This document shows, piece after piece, positions 40,708 through 41,176 of a stretch of DNA of 41,176 nucleotides. The translations under genes were made by a program, and so were the position numbers. The stretch's first letter is position 1, and every line of letters starts with the position of its first letter. Under the pieces are notes generated by a model, which made no database searches, was not told where the DNA came from, and saw only the letters and a program-made list of their open reading frames with translations. The DNA is from a virus (Duplodnaviria > Caudoviricetes). The stretch covers positions 1 to 41,176 of the IMG/VR virus record IMGVR_UViG_3300002307_000101; one strand, given 5' to 3'.

Positions 40708-41033
40708 ATATCGAAGATTTAACACTGAGACAGATTCGCGAGTTACAAGGATTGCTGGGCAAAAGCGAAGCATCATCGCCATTTAAAGTAGGCGAAAGCT
40801 ACCTCATTCGCACTGTGACTATGATCCAAATTGGCAAGCTGGAATCAGTAGGGGAGCACGAGCTGGTGCTATCTAATGCAGCATGGATTGCTGATACGGG
40901 TCGTTTTTATGATGCACTTACAACTGGTAAACTTAACGAAATAGAGCCATTCCCGAATGATGTGATTATTGGTCGTGGCTCAATTATTGACGCAACAATC
41001 TGGACGCATAAAACTAAGCTGGAGCAAAAATAA
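40704..41033 (+). CDS. Hypothetical protein, possible Sm/LSm-like beta-barrel
   Basis: RBS GAAAGGA; Sm1-like and Sm2-like patterns (see findings). Confidence 0.75.
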   Translation: MNIEDLTLRQIRELQGLLGKSEASSPFKVGESYLIRTVTMIQIGKLESVGEHELVLSNAAWIADTGRFYDALTTGKLNEIEPFPNDVIIGRGSIIDATIWTHKTKLEQK

Positions 41034-41176
41034 TGAATGCTGCGTTATTAAGGACTGGTTTTGACTGTTCGTGGTCAGGGTCGTGGTCGGGGTCGTGGTC
41101 GGGGTCGTGGTCGGGGTCGCGGTCAGGGTCGAGGTCGGAGTCGAGGTCGAGGTCGCGGTCGCGGTCGCGGTCAGGG
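41033..41176 (+). CDS. 5' part of Ser-X repeat peptide (75 aa if joined to 1-84)
   Basis: TAATG coupling; RBS GGAG; MNAALLRTGFDC followed by SWSG...SRSRSR. Confidence 0.75.
   Translation, partial: MNAALLRTGFDCSWSGSWSGSWSGSWSGSRSGSRSESRSRSRSRSRSG

Larger units (their letters stand above)
1..41176. mobile_element. Apparently complete tailed phage genome (Caudoviricetes, podovirus-like), circularly permuted
   Basis: Contains replication, packaging, head, tail and lysis modules and no host housekeeping genes. The ORF starting at 41033 runs 48 whole codons to the end and continues in frame at base 1 in the same repeat. Confidence 0.93.

Overview
The window looks like one complete, circularly permuted ~41.2-kb dsDNA phage genome with podovirus-type architecture. 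An i-/o-spanin pair points to a Gram-negative host. The two ends join in frame inside a Ser-X dipeptide-repeat ORF (41033-41176 + 1-84). The + strand carries early and replication genes (38.9 kb, wrapping through to 12.6 kb): low-complexity proteins, a Lar-like protein, family A DNA polymerase, PD-(D/E)xK and VRR-NUC nucleases, an SNF2-like helicase and a primase-helicase. It also carries a small island of fibre-like genes (12.7-14.5 kb). The - strand carries the late operon (37.9 to 14.5 kb): fibre, KTSC protein, TerL, portal, scaffold, N4-gp56-like capsid, adaptor/nozzle, fibre, lysis cassette, GNAT, three internal/ejection proteins and a divergent PurD-like ATP-grasp ligase with a gene overprinted on its 3' third. 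An AT-rich control region (38.0-38.9 kb) separates the two arms. It holds a promoter-terminator mini-transcript, several repeat families and an 11-bp-phased inverted GACATA array. I saw no integrase, tRNA, CRISPR array or reverse transcriptase. All functional calls come from motif recognition by eye; no searches were run.
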